Shown piece by piece: positions 30,165 through 39,382 of a DNA stretch of 64,000 bases. Location: NCBI GenBank assembly GCA_033763455.1, contig JANRKO010000011.1:64001-128000 (forward strand). Reading direction: 5' to 3'. Source of the DNA: Polyangiaceae bacterium (lineage in GTDB: Bacteria > Myxococcota_A > Polyangia > Polyangiales > Polyangiaceae). Below the pieces are notes generated by a model. The model was not told where the DNA came from and made no database searches. It saw only the letters and a list, made by a program, of their open reading frames with translations. The position numbers and the translations under genes were made by a program. Numbering within the stretch: position 1 is the stretch's first letter; each line of letters begins with the position of its first letter.

Positions 30165-30258
30165 GCGAAGCTCGTGCCAAGGCAAAAATGGGCGAAATCC
30201 GAGAGCAAGCAGCAGCTGGCCTGAAGTGGCGGACTGTCCAAAGTGGCCAAATGGACGG
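30165..30258 (-). promoter_or_regulatory. sigma-54 promoter (TGGCACG-AGCT-TCGC) with upstream boxes shared with the radC promoter
   Basis: -24/-12 at 30165-30179; GGGCGAAATCCGAGAGC and ATGGACGGA boxes. Confidence 0.65.
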
Positions 30259-30377
30259 ACACCCCCTCAGGATTTGGGGGGTATCGGCGTTGTGCAAACA
30301 CCCACTTTCATGCTCGACTCGCTGACCGCGACCCATGCTCGCGAATGCTTGGCGGCGGCGCCTCTTACGCTCACGAG

Positions 30378-30403
30378 CAGGTACTTAGCATGCTAACTTT
30401 CGG
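30378..30403. repeat. Palindromic element copy 3 (GTACTTAGCA|TGCTAA)
   Basis: Perfect 12-bp core TTAGCATGCTAA; the left arm matches copy 1. Confidence 0.6.
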
Positions 30404-30600
30404 CACCGAAGCCGTGGAGGGCCCACTTCCACGCGGGTACCACTCGAATGTTGCCAGCCCGAGAGGCAATGGTCTCCTCAGAGTGAAGCGTTACGATTGT
30501 ACCCTCTTTGAGAAACAGCTCCTCCATCGCTTCCTCTAGTGCCCGGACCTCTCGCTCACGGGTCTTCGCTTCCTCCAGCTCAACGCAAGTCCTTGCACCA
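30393..30600 (-). pseudogene. C-terminal relic of an AAA+ ATPase/DUF4143 family gene
   Basis: TREREVRALEEAMEEL.LKEGTIVT...EE......IRVVPAWKW is the typical family tail; there is no N-terminal ATPase, and LVQ lies out of frame. Confidence 0.65.
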
Positions 30601-30725
30601 AGGACAGATAAACAAGTCAGGCTGATTTTCATCCCGCCCCCAGCTGTACGCCCCGGGCTGCGAGACCAAATGCGCCTTTTCCCCGCCAACCTGACACCTC
30701 CCCCAACCTGAGGCATATTTGCTGG

Positions 30726-31457
30726 GTGCCGCGCGTAAACTTCGAAGCCCCCATGCTCCAAGTTTGCGCCCCGCGTTCGCTCTTCGTCGCCGCGCTGCTG
30801 TTGGGGACGGCCGCTTGTTCCACCATTCCGCGTCAGCCCCCTGGAAAGCCACCGTCGCCGCAGTCTGTTACGGTGTCAGCGCCTGGCGGGGATGCCCATG
30901 ATCCGCACGCAGCGGCTCTCGCGCGCCAGCTCGCTGAAGGTTGGGGCTCTGGGTACGACAAAGATCAGCAATTATTCGTGCCGCTTCCGGATGGTGCACA
31001 CTGGCGAAGAGTTCGCTTTTTTGGGGTCGAGCATTTTTTGGGGTTTAGGTACGGAGATGATCATGACGTGGTCGCCGTGGTGTCTATTTTGGATGCGCCC
31101 GATGAGCCCACGCCCACCAGTGAAACGTGCATGAAGCGTTTTGAAGCGTGGGCCAGGCCACAAACGCGCGGCTACGATGTAGCGCTTGGCCCCATATCCG
31201 AAACACACGTAACTTGGCGCAATCAATCTATCGTTGTGCACCAGATGGATGGGCACATTGATATCGCGTTTTCCCGCCGAAAGTTCTCCGGCGCCTGGGC
31301 CAGCTACGCTCCGTACCCCCACGCTTGCCTCATCTACGCCATGGCAGCTCCTTGGGGAAAGAGTGAAGCATTGGCTCGGCAGGTGCGCGCACGCTGGGTC
31401 GCAGAAGCCTTTGCCCAGGTGAATCCTGTAACGGCAGAGCGGCCAGTGCGCAAGTAA
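30726..31457 (+). CDS. Hypothetical lipoprotein
   Basis: LLLGTAAC lipobox followed by a Pro-rich linker. Confidence 0.7.
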   Translation: MPRVNFEAPMLQVCAPRSLFVAALLLGTAACSTIPRQPPGKPPSPQSVTVSAPGGDAHDPHAAALARQLAEGWGSGYDKDQQLFVPLPDGAHWRRVRFFGVEHFLGFRYGDDHDVVAVVSILDAPDEPTPTSETCMKRFEAWARPQTRGYDVALGPISETHVTWRNQSIVVHQMDGHIDIAFSRRKFSGAWASYAPYPHACLIYAMAAPWGKSEALARQVRARWVAEAFAQVNPVTAERPVRK

Positions 31458-31561
31458 ACGCCGGCGGCTACACCCCCTCAATGTGCGCAGCGAGGGATAG
31501 CTTCGCCGGCACACCAACAGAAGTCCGCGATGTGAGGTGGCCATGAACCCCATAAGGCTAG

Positions 31562-31978
31562 CTATATCTTCAGCAGATTCTCAAACGGCTTTCTATTTTT
31601 CCAACGGTAGGCGCCAAAATCGCGTGTGTCGGTGGAGAATATGCGGCCAGAATTGAGCGATTCGGCGCAGATCACCAAAGATGCATCCGCAAGATCCATG
31701 GGCAGGCTCCTGTACTTCTTCATGAGCTCAACGATGCGATCGAGGTGTACGGCGCCGAGCTCAAACACATTGAAGGCTCCGCGCGCGGCGTTCGACATGA
31801 AGAGCGAGGCTGCATCCACGCTCAACCGCGCCACAAGCAAATGGCACGTTTCCGTGAGCACGGGCCACGTTGTTATTAGCGGCTCCCTGGCGCTGGATAG
31901 CGCCGCTTTGGCAGCCTTGTGGTGCTGATCTTTTCGATTCGCGAGCGCTAGCCAAAAACCCGTGTCCGCCAAAATCAT
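31562..31978 (-). CDS. vapC: PIN-domain toxin (VapC family)
   Basis: ILADTGFWLAL..KDQHH, VLTE, MDLADASLV..AE, IFSTD. Confidence 0.93.
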   Translation of the reverse strand: MILADTGFWLALANRKDQHHKAAKAALSSAREPLITTWPVLTETCHLLVARLSVDAASLFMSNAARGAFNVFELGAVHLDRIVELMKKYRSLPMDLADASLVICAESLNSGRIFSTDTRDFGAYRWKNRKPFENLLKI

Positions 31979-32283
31979 TTTGCACGCCTCTGGGCCCGCG
32001 CAGGACTCTTCCTTTTGGAGACTTTCTTAGACGAGGAATGTTTGTTTGCGAGGGAATCCAAGAGAGCTTCTTTGTAGTTGCTGGACAAATCAGACGGCCC
32101 ATCCGCACAACCAACGAATTCGCGGAGCCCCACGCCGGGCTCTTCAGATTGGGTGAACCGCGTATAGAAGGCTTCGATGGACGCGATGATTACCCCGGTG
32201 GTTGAGGAGCCTGTGCGTTCCCGCAAGTATTTTACTTTCCGCGCCAACTCCTGATCCATTCGCGCATTCAGGCGGCTTGTCAT
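31975..32283 (-). CDS. Ribbon-helix-helix antitoxin (VapB-like)
   Basis: MTSRLNARMD..L...V.YL...TG.S.TGVI..SI, DGPSDLS.NYK; its stop overlaps the toxin start. Confidence 0.85.
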   Translation of the reverse strand: MTSRLNARMDQELARKVKYLRERTGSSTTGVIIASIEAFYTRFTQSEEPGVGLREFVGCADGPSDLSSNYKEALLDSLANKHSSSKKVSKRKSPARAQRRAK

Positions 32284-32298
32284 ACATTTTGTATGACA
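32278..32298. promoter_or_regulatory. TA operator palindrome TGTCATACA-TTT-TGTATGACA
   Basis: Perfect 9-bp arms overlapping the antitoxin ATG. Confidence 0.75.
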
Positions 32299-32660
32299 TA
32301 CGGCAAATGAATCGTCAACGGACGCGCGCTTGTGCGAGCTGCCAGCGTGGCGCGCCTGCGGCACCGAAGTCGAGCCCCTCCCCCTCGACAAGGCCCAGCG
32401 CGATGCCTCCGGCGCAGCAGGTGATACTTGTCATGCGAAGCACCTCCGATTGGAAGTGAGGAGGCCCACGCCACAGTCCGGAGTGGGCCCAAGCTTCTCC
32501 CACCACTGCACTCGCACCCCATTGCAGCAGAAGGGCCGTGCCTCCGCCGCCGAGTCGCCGTGATATGCGGCAAAAAAACCTGATTCGAGTGCTGTGCTTG
32601 CTTGGTCCGCGCTCTACGAACTTCCCGCCTGCACCACTTTCGGCACCCGTCCGCCGGCAC

Positions 32661-32906
32661 TCAATGCACGTAGGCTCCCCGAACCACACCGAGAAGCAGA
32701 TACACAAGCAGGCTGGCCATCCAGAGTACGCTGCGGATTCGAAGCCGAGCGCCCCAACCCCAATACGGAGCCAGTGGCAAAACCAAGAACGCCAAGAGGG
32801 CGTTCAGCCGCTGGCCCCTCGTGAATAGGCCCCACGCGAGAGTGACGTGCGCCGTCACCCAGGTGGCAAACGCGCCCGCAACGACCCCGAGTTCCAGCCA
32901 CTCCAC
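32661..32906 (-). CDS. Small membrane protein
   Basis: 81 aa, three hydrophobic helices, PLAPYWG motif. Confidence 0.6.
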   Translation of the reverse strand: MEWLELGVVAGAFATWVTAHVTLAWGLFTRGQRLNALLAFLVLPLAPYWGWGARLRIRSVLWMASLLVYLLLGVVRGAYVH

Positions 32907-33066
32907 GGTGGTCTCGAAGTACCCCCGTTCGACGCGGCTCGCAACTTCCCCGCGGCCGATCTCCCGCTACAGTAGGGGCCGGCCTCGGTGTTGCTCCAGG
33001 TTGCGCCCACGTTGGGCCCCCGCGGGTGGCGCTTCCCTCCAGATCGGGTGCTATGCTGGGCCGGCT

Positions 33067-34935
33067 GTGCGTTTTTCCAACATCCTCGCTCTTGCCGCGC
33101 TCGCAGGCCTCACTATTCCGTTACCCCTCGGGCTAGGTGCCGCGCATGCCGATGGCGTCGCCGATCGCCGGGACGTGCTGAGCGTGAAAGATATTCGCCC
33201 TGGCATGAAGGGCTACGGCCTTACGGTGTTTTCGGGAATGAAGCCGGAGCGTTTCGATGTGGAGGTGATCGGCATTTTGGACAACTTCCAGCCGCGCCAA
33301 GATCTGATCTTGATAAAGACGAAACACCCACGCCTAGAGGTAGCCAAAGTGGTGGCCGGAATGAGTGGGAGCCCTATCTTCATCAACGGCAAGATGATTG
33401 GCGCGTACGCCTACGGTTGGAGCTTTGGATCAGAACCTGTGGCTGGGGTTACCCCCATCCGCAACATGTTGGATGATTTGGCTATACCGCTCCCTAAATC
33501 TATCTTTGGGTGGCCGCTTAAGGCTTTGCCTGGTGCCCAGAAGGACCCAAAGCAAGCTCAGGTGGACCCGGGGCAACGCTTTTTGGGCGATCTGATGCGT
33601 TATAGCGTGCAAGAACACTCCGACCAGATCCGCAGAGATTTACCAGGAAATGGAGCACACGCCGCCCTCACGCCGGTGGCTACGCCGCTCTTGTTGGGGG
33701 GGATGTCACCGGCGGGTGTGAGCCTGATGTCGAAGCTTTTTGCACCCATCGGGTTGGAGCCACTGCAAGCAGGGGGCGGTGGCGCACCTGATCCACAAGC
33801 TCCCACGCGTTTTGAGGATGGCGGGGCGATTGGCGTTAATTTGATCAGCGGGGATATGAGCGCCATGGGCCTCGGCACCGTAACGCGTGTAGAGGGGGAT
33901 AAGCTGGTGGCCTTTGGTCACCCGATGATGCAAAGCGGGGTCACCTCCATTCCCACCTCTTTGGCCAAGGTGTTGTGGTTCCTTGCGAGTGATCAACGCT
34001 CGTTCAAGCTGGGTGCCGCGGTTCGCCCCCTCGGCGCTTTGGTGAATGATCGCTTAGCATCCATTGTTGTGGATCAGTCCGCCAGAGCACCCACAATTGC
34101 GGTGGATCTTCAGATACAAGGCGTAGCGGGCCCGAGCTACACTAATTGGAAATTTCAGGTTGCTCATGAGAAATTCATGGCACCTTCGCTCATTGCAACG
34201 GCGCTCGGAAGCGCGTTTCAGGCAACCGCAGCTGAACGGCGAGACGTGAGTTGGTCTGCCAAGGGCCGCGTGCGTGTGAAGGGGTACGGGAATATCGAGC
34301 TAGAGGATTTTGGGGTGGCTATGGGCGGCACACCTGACGCCATGGAGCTCATGGGCTCCAACGCAGTGCGCACGGTGGGGGCGCTCTTGAACAATCCGTG
34401 GGAGCCGGCTCTTGTAGAAGCTATCAGCATGCAAATGGAGATCCGCTATGCGCGCGAAGTGCTCCGCTTACGAGGTGTCGAGAATCTCACGCCGGAGGTG
34501 CCCGCTGGCGGCACCGCTCGGCTTCGCCTTACCCTACTGCCGTACGCGGGGCCCGAAGTGGTGCGCACCATTTCGGTGCCTATCCCAGCCTATTTTGCGG
34601 GCCAAGCGGTCACTCTAACCGTTGCGCCGGGGCACCAGGTAGAGCGGGATTTGGCGGCGCCAGAAAACGTTCGCGAGTTAGTCGCTAATCTACGAGTGCC
34701 TATCTACCCGCCCAAGTCCGTTATCGTATCTTACGAGAACCAAGGGTCGGGCGTGAGCTACCGCAGCCACGTTGCGGACAATTTACCGCCCGGCGCCGTG
34801 GATCGCCTCCAGCCCACCTCCACCTCGCTCGGGCCCGCTCGGCATCAGCCCTACGTCCGTCAGGTTGTCCCCATGCAGGATTACATGATCGGCCAAGACA
34901 GCGTCAGCGTCGACGTCAAACCCGTGCTCAAGTAA
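33067..34935 (+). CDS. SpoIVB/peptidase S55 domain exported protease
   Basis: IRPGMKGYGLTVFSG, VVAGMSGSPIFINGKMIGA, GTVT....DKLVAFGHP; signal peptide after GTG 33067. Confidence 0.92.
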   Translation: MRFSNILALAALAGLTIPLPLGLGAAHADGVADRRDVLSVKDIRPGMKGYGLTVFSGMKPERFDVEVIGILDNFQPRQDLILIKTKHPRLEVAKVVAGMSGSPIFINGKMIGAYAYGWSFGSEPVAGVTPIRNMLDDLAIPLPKSIFGWPLKALPGAQKDPKQAQVDPGQRFLGDLMRYSVQEHSDQIRRDLPGNGAHAALTPVATPLLLGGMSPAGVSLMSKLFAPIGLEPLQAGGGGAPDPQAPTRFEDGGAIGVNLISGDMSAMGLGTVTRVEGDKLVAFGHPMMQSGVTSIPTSLAKVLWFLASDQRSFKLGAAVRPLGALVNDRLASIVVDQSARAPTIAVDLQIQGVAGPSYTNWKFQVAHEKFMAPSLIATALGSAFQATAAERRDVSWSAKGRVRVKGYGNIELEDFGVAMGGTPDAMELMGSNAVRTVGALLNNPWEPALVEAISMQMEIRYAREVLRLRGVENLTPEVPAGGTARLRLTLLPYAGPEVVRTISVPIPAYFAGQAVTLTVAPGHQVERDLAAPENVRELVANLRVPIYPPKSVIVSYENQGSGVSYRSHVADNLPPGAVDRLQPTSTSLGPARHQPYVRQVVPMQDYMIGQDSVSVDVKPVLK

Positions 34936-34974
34936 CCCCGTCGGCCCGAATTCTCAGCGTTCCCGTTTCTTGAA

Positions 34975-37023
34975 GTGAACCCCATGAACATCCCCCGCAC
35001 ATCCGTTCTAGCCCTTGGTGCTTCCCTCTTTGTTGGCCTGGCCGCCCCATCCGCCTTAGCGGTGGGCACTCGCCACTTCACGCTTCAAACCGGAGAAGAT
35101 TTTGAGGGTGGAGATTTGAAAGGCGTGGCGGTTGATTCCGGCGGGTCCGTGCGGGCTGGGTTTAACCTGGGCTCCATACCGCTCAGCAAAGCCACAAACG
35201 TGTGGGAAGCGCTCCGGCTGACAGATGGCTCATTGCTGCTGGCAACGGGTAACGAGGGCAGCTTGCTTCAGGTGCGCGGCCAGGTAGCGAGCGTCGCCGG
35301 GGAAACAAAGGCACTCGCGGCGACTTCCCTGGCGCTCCTAAAATCGGGTGCTGTTGCCGTAGGAACGCTCCCAGACGGCAAAATCCTCAAATTTGAAAAC
35401 GGTAAAGTCAGCGATTGGGTGACTTTGAAAGACACCGCCAACGTGTGGGATCTCGCGGTGGATCCGAAAACCAACTCCCTTTTTGCGGCCACCGGCCCCG
35501 AAGGTAAGCTCTACCGCATTGATACGGCTGGCAAAGCGAGCGTCTATTTTGACGCCGAAGAACAGAACCTCGTGAGCGTCGCCGTGGGTCGTGATGGCAC
35601 TGTTTACACGGGGGCAGGCGAAAAGGGAAAGCTGTACGCGGTGAATGGTCCAGGTCGTGCGCGTGTCCTTCAAGACTTCGGGAACACCGAGGTGCGTGCA
35701 ATCGTTACCAGCGCGAGCGGGGATGTTTTCGCCATTGCCAATGACCTAAAAGTGCCGCGAGCGATGCCTCGCCGGCCCGGTGCGGGGGAAGAGAGTGCTG
35801 CCCCAGCCCCGACCGCTCCATCACCCTCGGGCAAAGGTGTGCTCTACCGCTTCGACAGCAACGGCTCGCCGGAGCAACTGCTATCTAACGACAAGGACTA
35901 CTTCTCAAGCTTAGCCCTCGACGCAAAAGGGGTCCCTTACGTGGGCACGGGCACCGAAGGCCGGATCTACACAGTAGACGCGGAGCACAATTCGGTGCTT
36001 GTGGCCGACGCCGATCAGCGCCAAATTGGGGCCTTGGTGTTAGACGGAACAGAACGCTGGGCCATAGCCTCCGATCCGGCGGTGCTATTGCCTATCCGCG
36101 GAGTCGGTGGTGCCGACGCAATCTGGACGAGCAAAGTGCTAGACGCAGGCCTTAGAGCGAGCTTTGGGCGGCTATACTGGGAGTCGAGCGGTGCGCTCGA
36201 ATTTTCGACGCGTACGGGTGGCACCGAAAAGCCAGACAGCACCTGGAGTGATTGGAGTGCCCCCCTCGCCCAGCCTGCCAACGTGAAAAGCCCAGAAGCC
36301 CGCTTCCTTCAGGTGCGCGCACGGTTCGCGAAAGATCCCGCCGCGGTTCTAAAATCCGTAGATGTAGCGTTCGTCACCGAGAACCTGCGCGCGTACGTGA
36401 CGCAAATCAACATCAAGAATCGCAACCTTGGCAGCAGCAAGCCTCTGGAGGCCTCGGGCGGCCCCGTCTCCGGGAATCCTAGCTCGAATATTGAGCTTAG
36501 CTGGAAGATGGCCAACCCCGACGAGGACACGCTGCGCTATCGGCTGCTGTATCAGCTCATCGGAACGCCGAATTGGTTTGATGTATTGGCGCCGCAAGAA
36601 ACGCTGACAAAAGATAGTTACACGTGGAACACGCAGGATCTGCCCGAGGGCCGCTACCGCATACGGGTGATCGCCACCGATGAGCTCTCCAACCCCCCAA
36701 GCAGGGTGAAGCAGCACTCACTCGACAGCAACATCGTGCTCGTGGATAACACTCCGCCGGTGGTCGAACAGTTGACGGTAGCTGGGCGACACATCAAGGG
36801 CACGGCGACCGATGGCGTCGGGCCCATCGCTCGCATCGAAGTAGCCGTGAGTGGCAGCAATCGCTGGTTACCGTTTTTCCCCACCGACGGGGTTTTTGAT
36901 CAAAACCGGGAAGCGTTCGATCTCGACGTCTCCGGCCTTTTCTCTAATGTCCCGGTGATGCTCACCCTGCGTGTGTACGACGCCGCCAACAACGCCGCCC
37001 TGCGCTATATCACGCTGAAGTAG
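34975..37023 (+). CDS. Exported beta-propeller plus FN3-like protein, partner of the S55 peptidase
   Basis: Repeated blades (LLLATGNEG, LFAATGPEGKLYRI, VYTGAGEKGKLY, YVGTGTEGRIY); GRYRIRVIATD, DNTPP. Confidence 0.8.
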   Translation: MNPMNIPRTSVLALGASLFVGLAAPSALAVGTRHFTLQTGEDFEGGDLKGVAVDSGGSVRAGFNLGSIPLSKATNVWEALRLTDGSLLLATGNEGSLLQVRGQVASVAGETKALAATSLALLKSGAVAVGTLPDGKILKFENGKVSDWVTLKDTANVWDLAVDPKTNSLFAATGPEGKLYRIDTAGKASVYFDAEEQNLVSVAVGRDGTVYTGAGEKGKLYAVNGPGRARVLQDFGNTEVRAIVTSASGDVFAIANDLKVPRAMPRRPGAGEESAAPAPTAPSPSGKGVLYRFDSNGSPEQLLSNDKDYFSSLALDAKGVPYVGTGTEGRIYTVDAEHNSVLVADADQRQIGALVLDGTERWAIASDPAVLLPIRGVGGADAIWTSKVLDAGLRASFGRLYWESSGALEFSTRTGGTEKPDSTWSDWSAPLAQPANVKSPEARFLQVRARFAKDPAAVLKSVDVAFVTENLRAYVTQINIKNRNLGSSKPLEASGGPVSGNPSSNIELSWKMANPDEDTLRYRLLYQLIGTPNWFDVLAPQETLTKDSYTWNTQDLPEGRYRIRVIATDELSNPPSRVKQHSLDSNIVLVDNTPPVVEQLTVAGRHIKGTATDGVGPIARIEVAVSGSNRWLPFFPTDGVFDQNREAFDLDVSGLFSNVPVMLTLRVYDAANNAALRYITLK

Positions 37024-37181
37024 GCGGCTTGGGGCTCTCCGGAGCCTCTGGTGGCCGTAGGGCGTGCTTCGGGTGAGCTGGTCTCCCTTGGTGCCCGCGG
37101 CCGTCCGGTGCTAGCTTTGCCGAGCTTCCTTTGAACCGGGTAGCCGGCCCCTAATCGAGGCTGTGCGACCCGACTCTGACC

Positions 37182-38369
37182 ATGCAGCCCACGCGAATTC
37201 TAACCATCTCCTTCTTGCTGGTAGCCGCCTGGGCATCCAGTTGCGCCTCAGAAACCGGCTCGAACCTCCGCGGCGCAGGCACCGCGAGCCCCATGGGAAC
37301 CACCACGCGCGACCCAAACATGGACACGCTTTCGCTAGGTGGCAATGCCGGCGGCGCACCACAAAAGTTGAGTGCTCTGTGCGGCAACCCGCATGAGTGC
37401 AATCCGGACTCCATTACCGATTGCCGCGATTTTGTGCCTCCCAACCCCAATGGGGGTGCACTCGGCGCTGGTGGCGGCATAGCCACTGCGGGTGGCGCTG
37501 GTGGCACTCATGCCACTACAGGTTTCGGCGGCATGAGTGGTGGTCGCGCGGGAAGCGGCAGTTCCTCGGGCAGTGCTGGCGTACTTTCCAATGCGGGCGC
37601 TGCGGGCGCTTCAGGAGCCGCGGGTGCTTCAGGGGGCGAACCTTCCATGTCTGGCGGTGCTAGTGCGGGTGGCTCGGCCAATTCCAGCAGCGGCCTGGGT
37701 GGCTCAGCTTCGCTCCCGCCACCGACTTTCGAGGGAACGCCTAGCGCAGCCACCTACGCCTGCCGCGTACAACGAGGAAAAGAGAGTACGGCCGTGGCCG
37801 AATGTGCGCTCGCAGGAGCAGGCAAGCTCGACGACCCCTGCAACAGTTCGACCGATTGCAGCCCAGGGCTCGGGTGCGTTGGGGACTCAGCGTTAGCTAA
37901 ATGCCGTCCATTTTGCTGTGAAAACGGCGATAATTGCGCCGCCGGCAGCTACTGCGCAAATGAACCGCTTCGCGAAGCAGGAGTGGATCCGAGCGCTCCC
38001 CTATTGGTGCCGGTATGCGTGGCAGCGGACAACTGCGACCTCGGCGAGCCCTTCCCCTGCCCGCCCGGGCGAACTTGCACGTGTTCTTCGACGACAGCGT
38101 GCAGCGTGGTGCGTTCCGACGGAACCACTTCTTGCGTAACGCCCGGTCCCGGCATGGCGGGGCAAACATGCCCGTGCAGCGCGGGTCACATCTGTTCACA
38201 AGGAAGCGGCCTTTGCCTCAAGCTCTGCCGCACCATCGACGCCAACGCTACCTGCAGCGGCGGTCGCTGCCAGATCGCAGCCGGGCTCCCAGTGGGCTAC
38301 GGCGTCTGCGTTGGCGTACCCACAACCAACGGAGGCGCTGGAGGCGAGCCGGGAGCCGCGAACCGATGA
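37182..38369 (+). CDS. Cys-rich lipoprotein with Gly/Ser/Ala linker
   Basis: WASSC lipobox, low-complexity linker and disulfide-rich C-terminal modules. Confidence 0.75.
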   Translation: MQPTRILTISFLLVAAWASSCASETGSNLRGAGTASPMGTTTRDPNMDTLSLGGNAGGAPQKLSALCGNPHECNPDSITDCRDFVPPNPNGGALGAGGGIATAGGAGGTHATTGFGGMSGGRAGSGSSSGSAGVLSNAGAAGASGAAGASGGEPSMSGGASAGGSANSSSGLGGSASLPPPTFEGTPSAATYACRVQRGKESTAVAECALAGAGKLDDPCNSSTDCSPGLGCVGDSALAKCRPFCCENGDNCAAGSYCANEPLREAGVDPSAPLLVPVCVAADNCDLGEPFPCPPGRTCTCSSTTACSVVRSDGTTSCVTPGPGMAGQTCPCSAGHICSQGSGLCLKLCRTIDANATCSGGRCQIAAGLPVGYGVCVGVPTTNGGAGGEPGAANR

Positions 38370-38785
38370 TGGTGTTTCAAAGCACGCTCGAAATACGCAC
38401 ACCTGGGCAAGGCTTCACTGACGTTACCCAAGCAGTAAAAGACTGCGTAATGAAGAGTGGCACTCGCTCCGGCTTGTGCTCAATCTTCGTGCAGCACACC
38501 TCTGCGAGCTTGGTGATCCAGGAAAACGCAGATCCGGCCGTGCTACGTGATCTCGCTCGCTTCATGAGCGATTTGGTCGACGAGGCCCGCCGCTTCGAGC
38601 ACGACGATGAGGGGCCGGACGATATGCCGGCGCACGTGCGTTCTGCACTCACCAAGACTTCCGAAAATATCCCGATCTCCTCGGGGCAACTTTGCCTTGG
38701 AACGTGGCAGGCGCTCTACCTCTGGGAACATCGCCGTCGGCCGCACACGCGCCGGCTCATTGTGCACATTAGCGGAGTAGCTTGA
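38366..38785 (+). CDS. yjbQ: YjbQ (UPF0047) family protein
   Basis: HTSASLVIQENADP.V..D, EGPDDMPAHVRS, LGTWQALYLWEHR. Confidence 0.95.
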   Translation: MMVFQSTLEIRTPGQGFTDVTQAVKDCVMKSGTRSGLCSIFVQHTSASLVIQENADPAVLRDLARFMSDLVDEARRFEHDDEGPDDMPAHVRSALTKTSENIPISSGQLCLGTWQALYLWEHRRRPHTRRLIVHISGVA

Positions 38786-39364
38786 ATGTTCAATTTGCGT
38801 AGTGCGACGCCCGAGGCCTGGCTCAAGGTTGTGTTCGGGGACTTTAACAGCTTCCTTCTGGACCACGCTGCCTGCGAGCGCAAAGCCTCGGCAACCGGTA
38901 TGTCGTTTGTGGTGAAGTACCCAGATCGCACCGAACTCCTTGAGCCGATGATCGAATTTGCAAAGGAGGAGCTTGAGCACTTTCATATCGTCTTCAAGCT
39001 GCTTACCCAGCGAGGCTTGCGCCTTTTACCCGATTACAAAGATGCCTATGTAAATGGCCTCCTGAGCCAGCTGCGCCCAGGTACCGAAGCGCTCTTCCTA
39101 GATCGCTTGCTTGTGGCTGGCGTCGTGGAAGCCCGAGGTTGCGAGAGGCTGAAGCTCATTGCAGATAACCTGGAGGGAGAGCTCGCTCCGCTCCGGCCCA
39201 TTTATGAAGATCTCGCACGCGCAGAATCTCGTCATCACGCGCTTTTCTTCAGGCTGGCCCGCCGCTTCTTTGACCCCAAAGTGGTGCAAGAACGAGCCGA
39301 TTTCTTACTCGATTTTGAGGCAGACTGGATCGGCCGCTTGCCGCACACGCCGCATGTGCATTGA
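38786..39364 (+). CDS. miaE: tRNA ms2i6A37 hydroxylase MiaE
   Basis: LLDHAACERKAS, EELEHF, LLVAGVVEARGCER, AESRH di-iron motifs. Confidence 0.92.
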   Translation: MFNLRSATPEAWLKVVFGDFNSFLLDHAACERKASATGMSFVVKYPDRTELLEPMIEFAKEELEHFHIVFKLLTQRGLRLLPDYKDAYVNGLLSQLRPGTEALFLDRLLVAGVVEARGCERLKLIADNLEGELAPLRPIYEDLARAESRHHALFFRLARRFFDPKVVQERADFLLDFEADWIGRLPHTPHVH

Positions 39365-39382
39365 GAGTGATGTTTCGAATGG

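Noticed and set aside
30385..30396. TTAGCA/TGCTAA resembles CIRCE half-sites
   Set aside because: It lacks the CTC-N9-GAG centre and is not upstream of chaperone genes.
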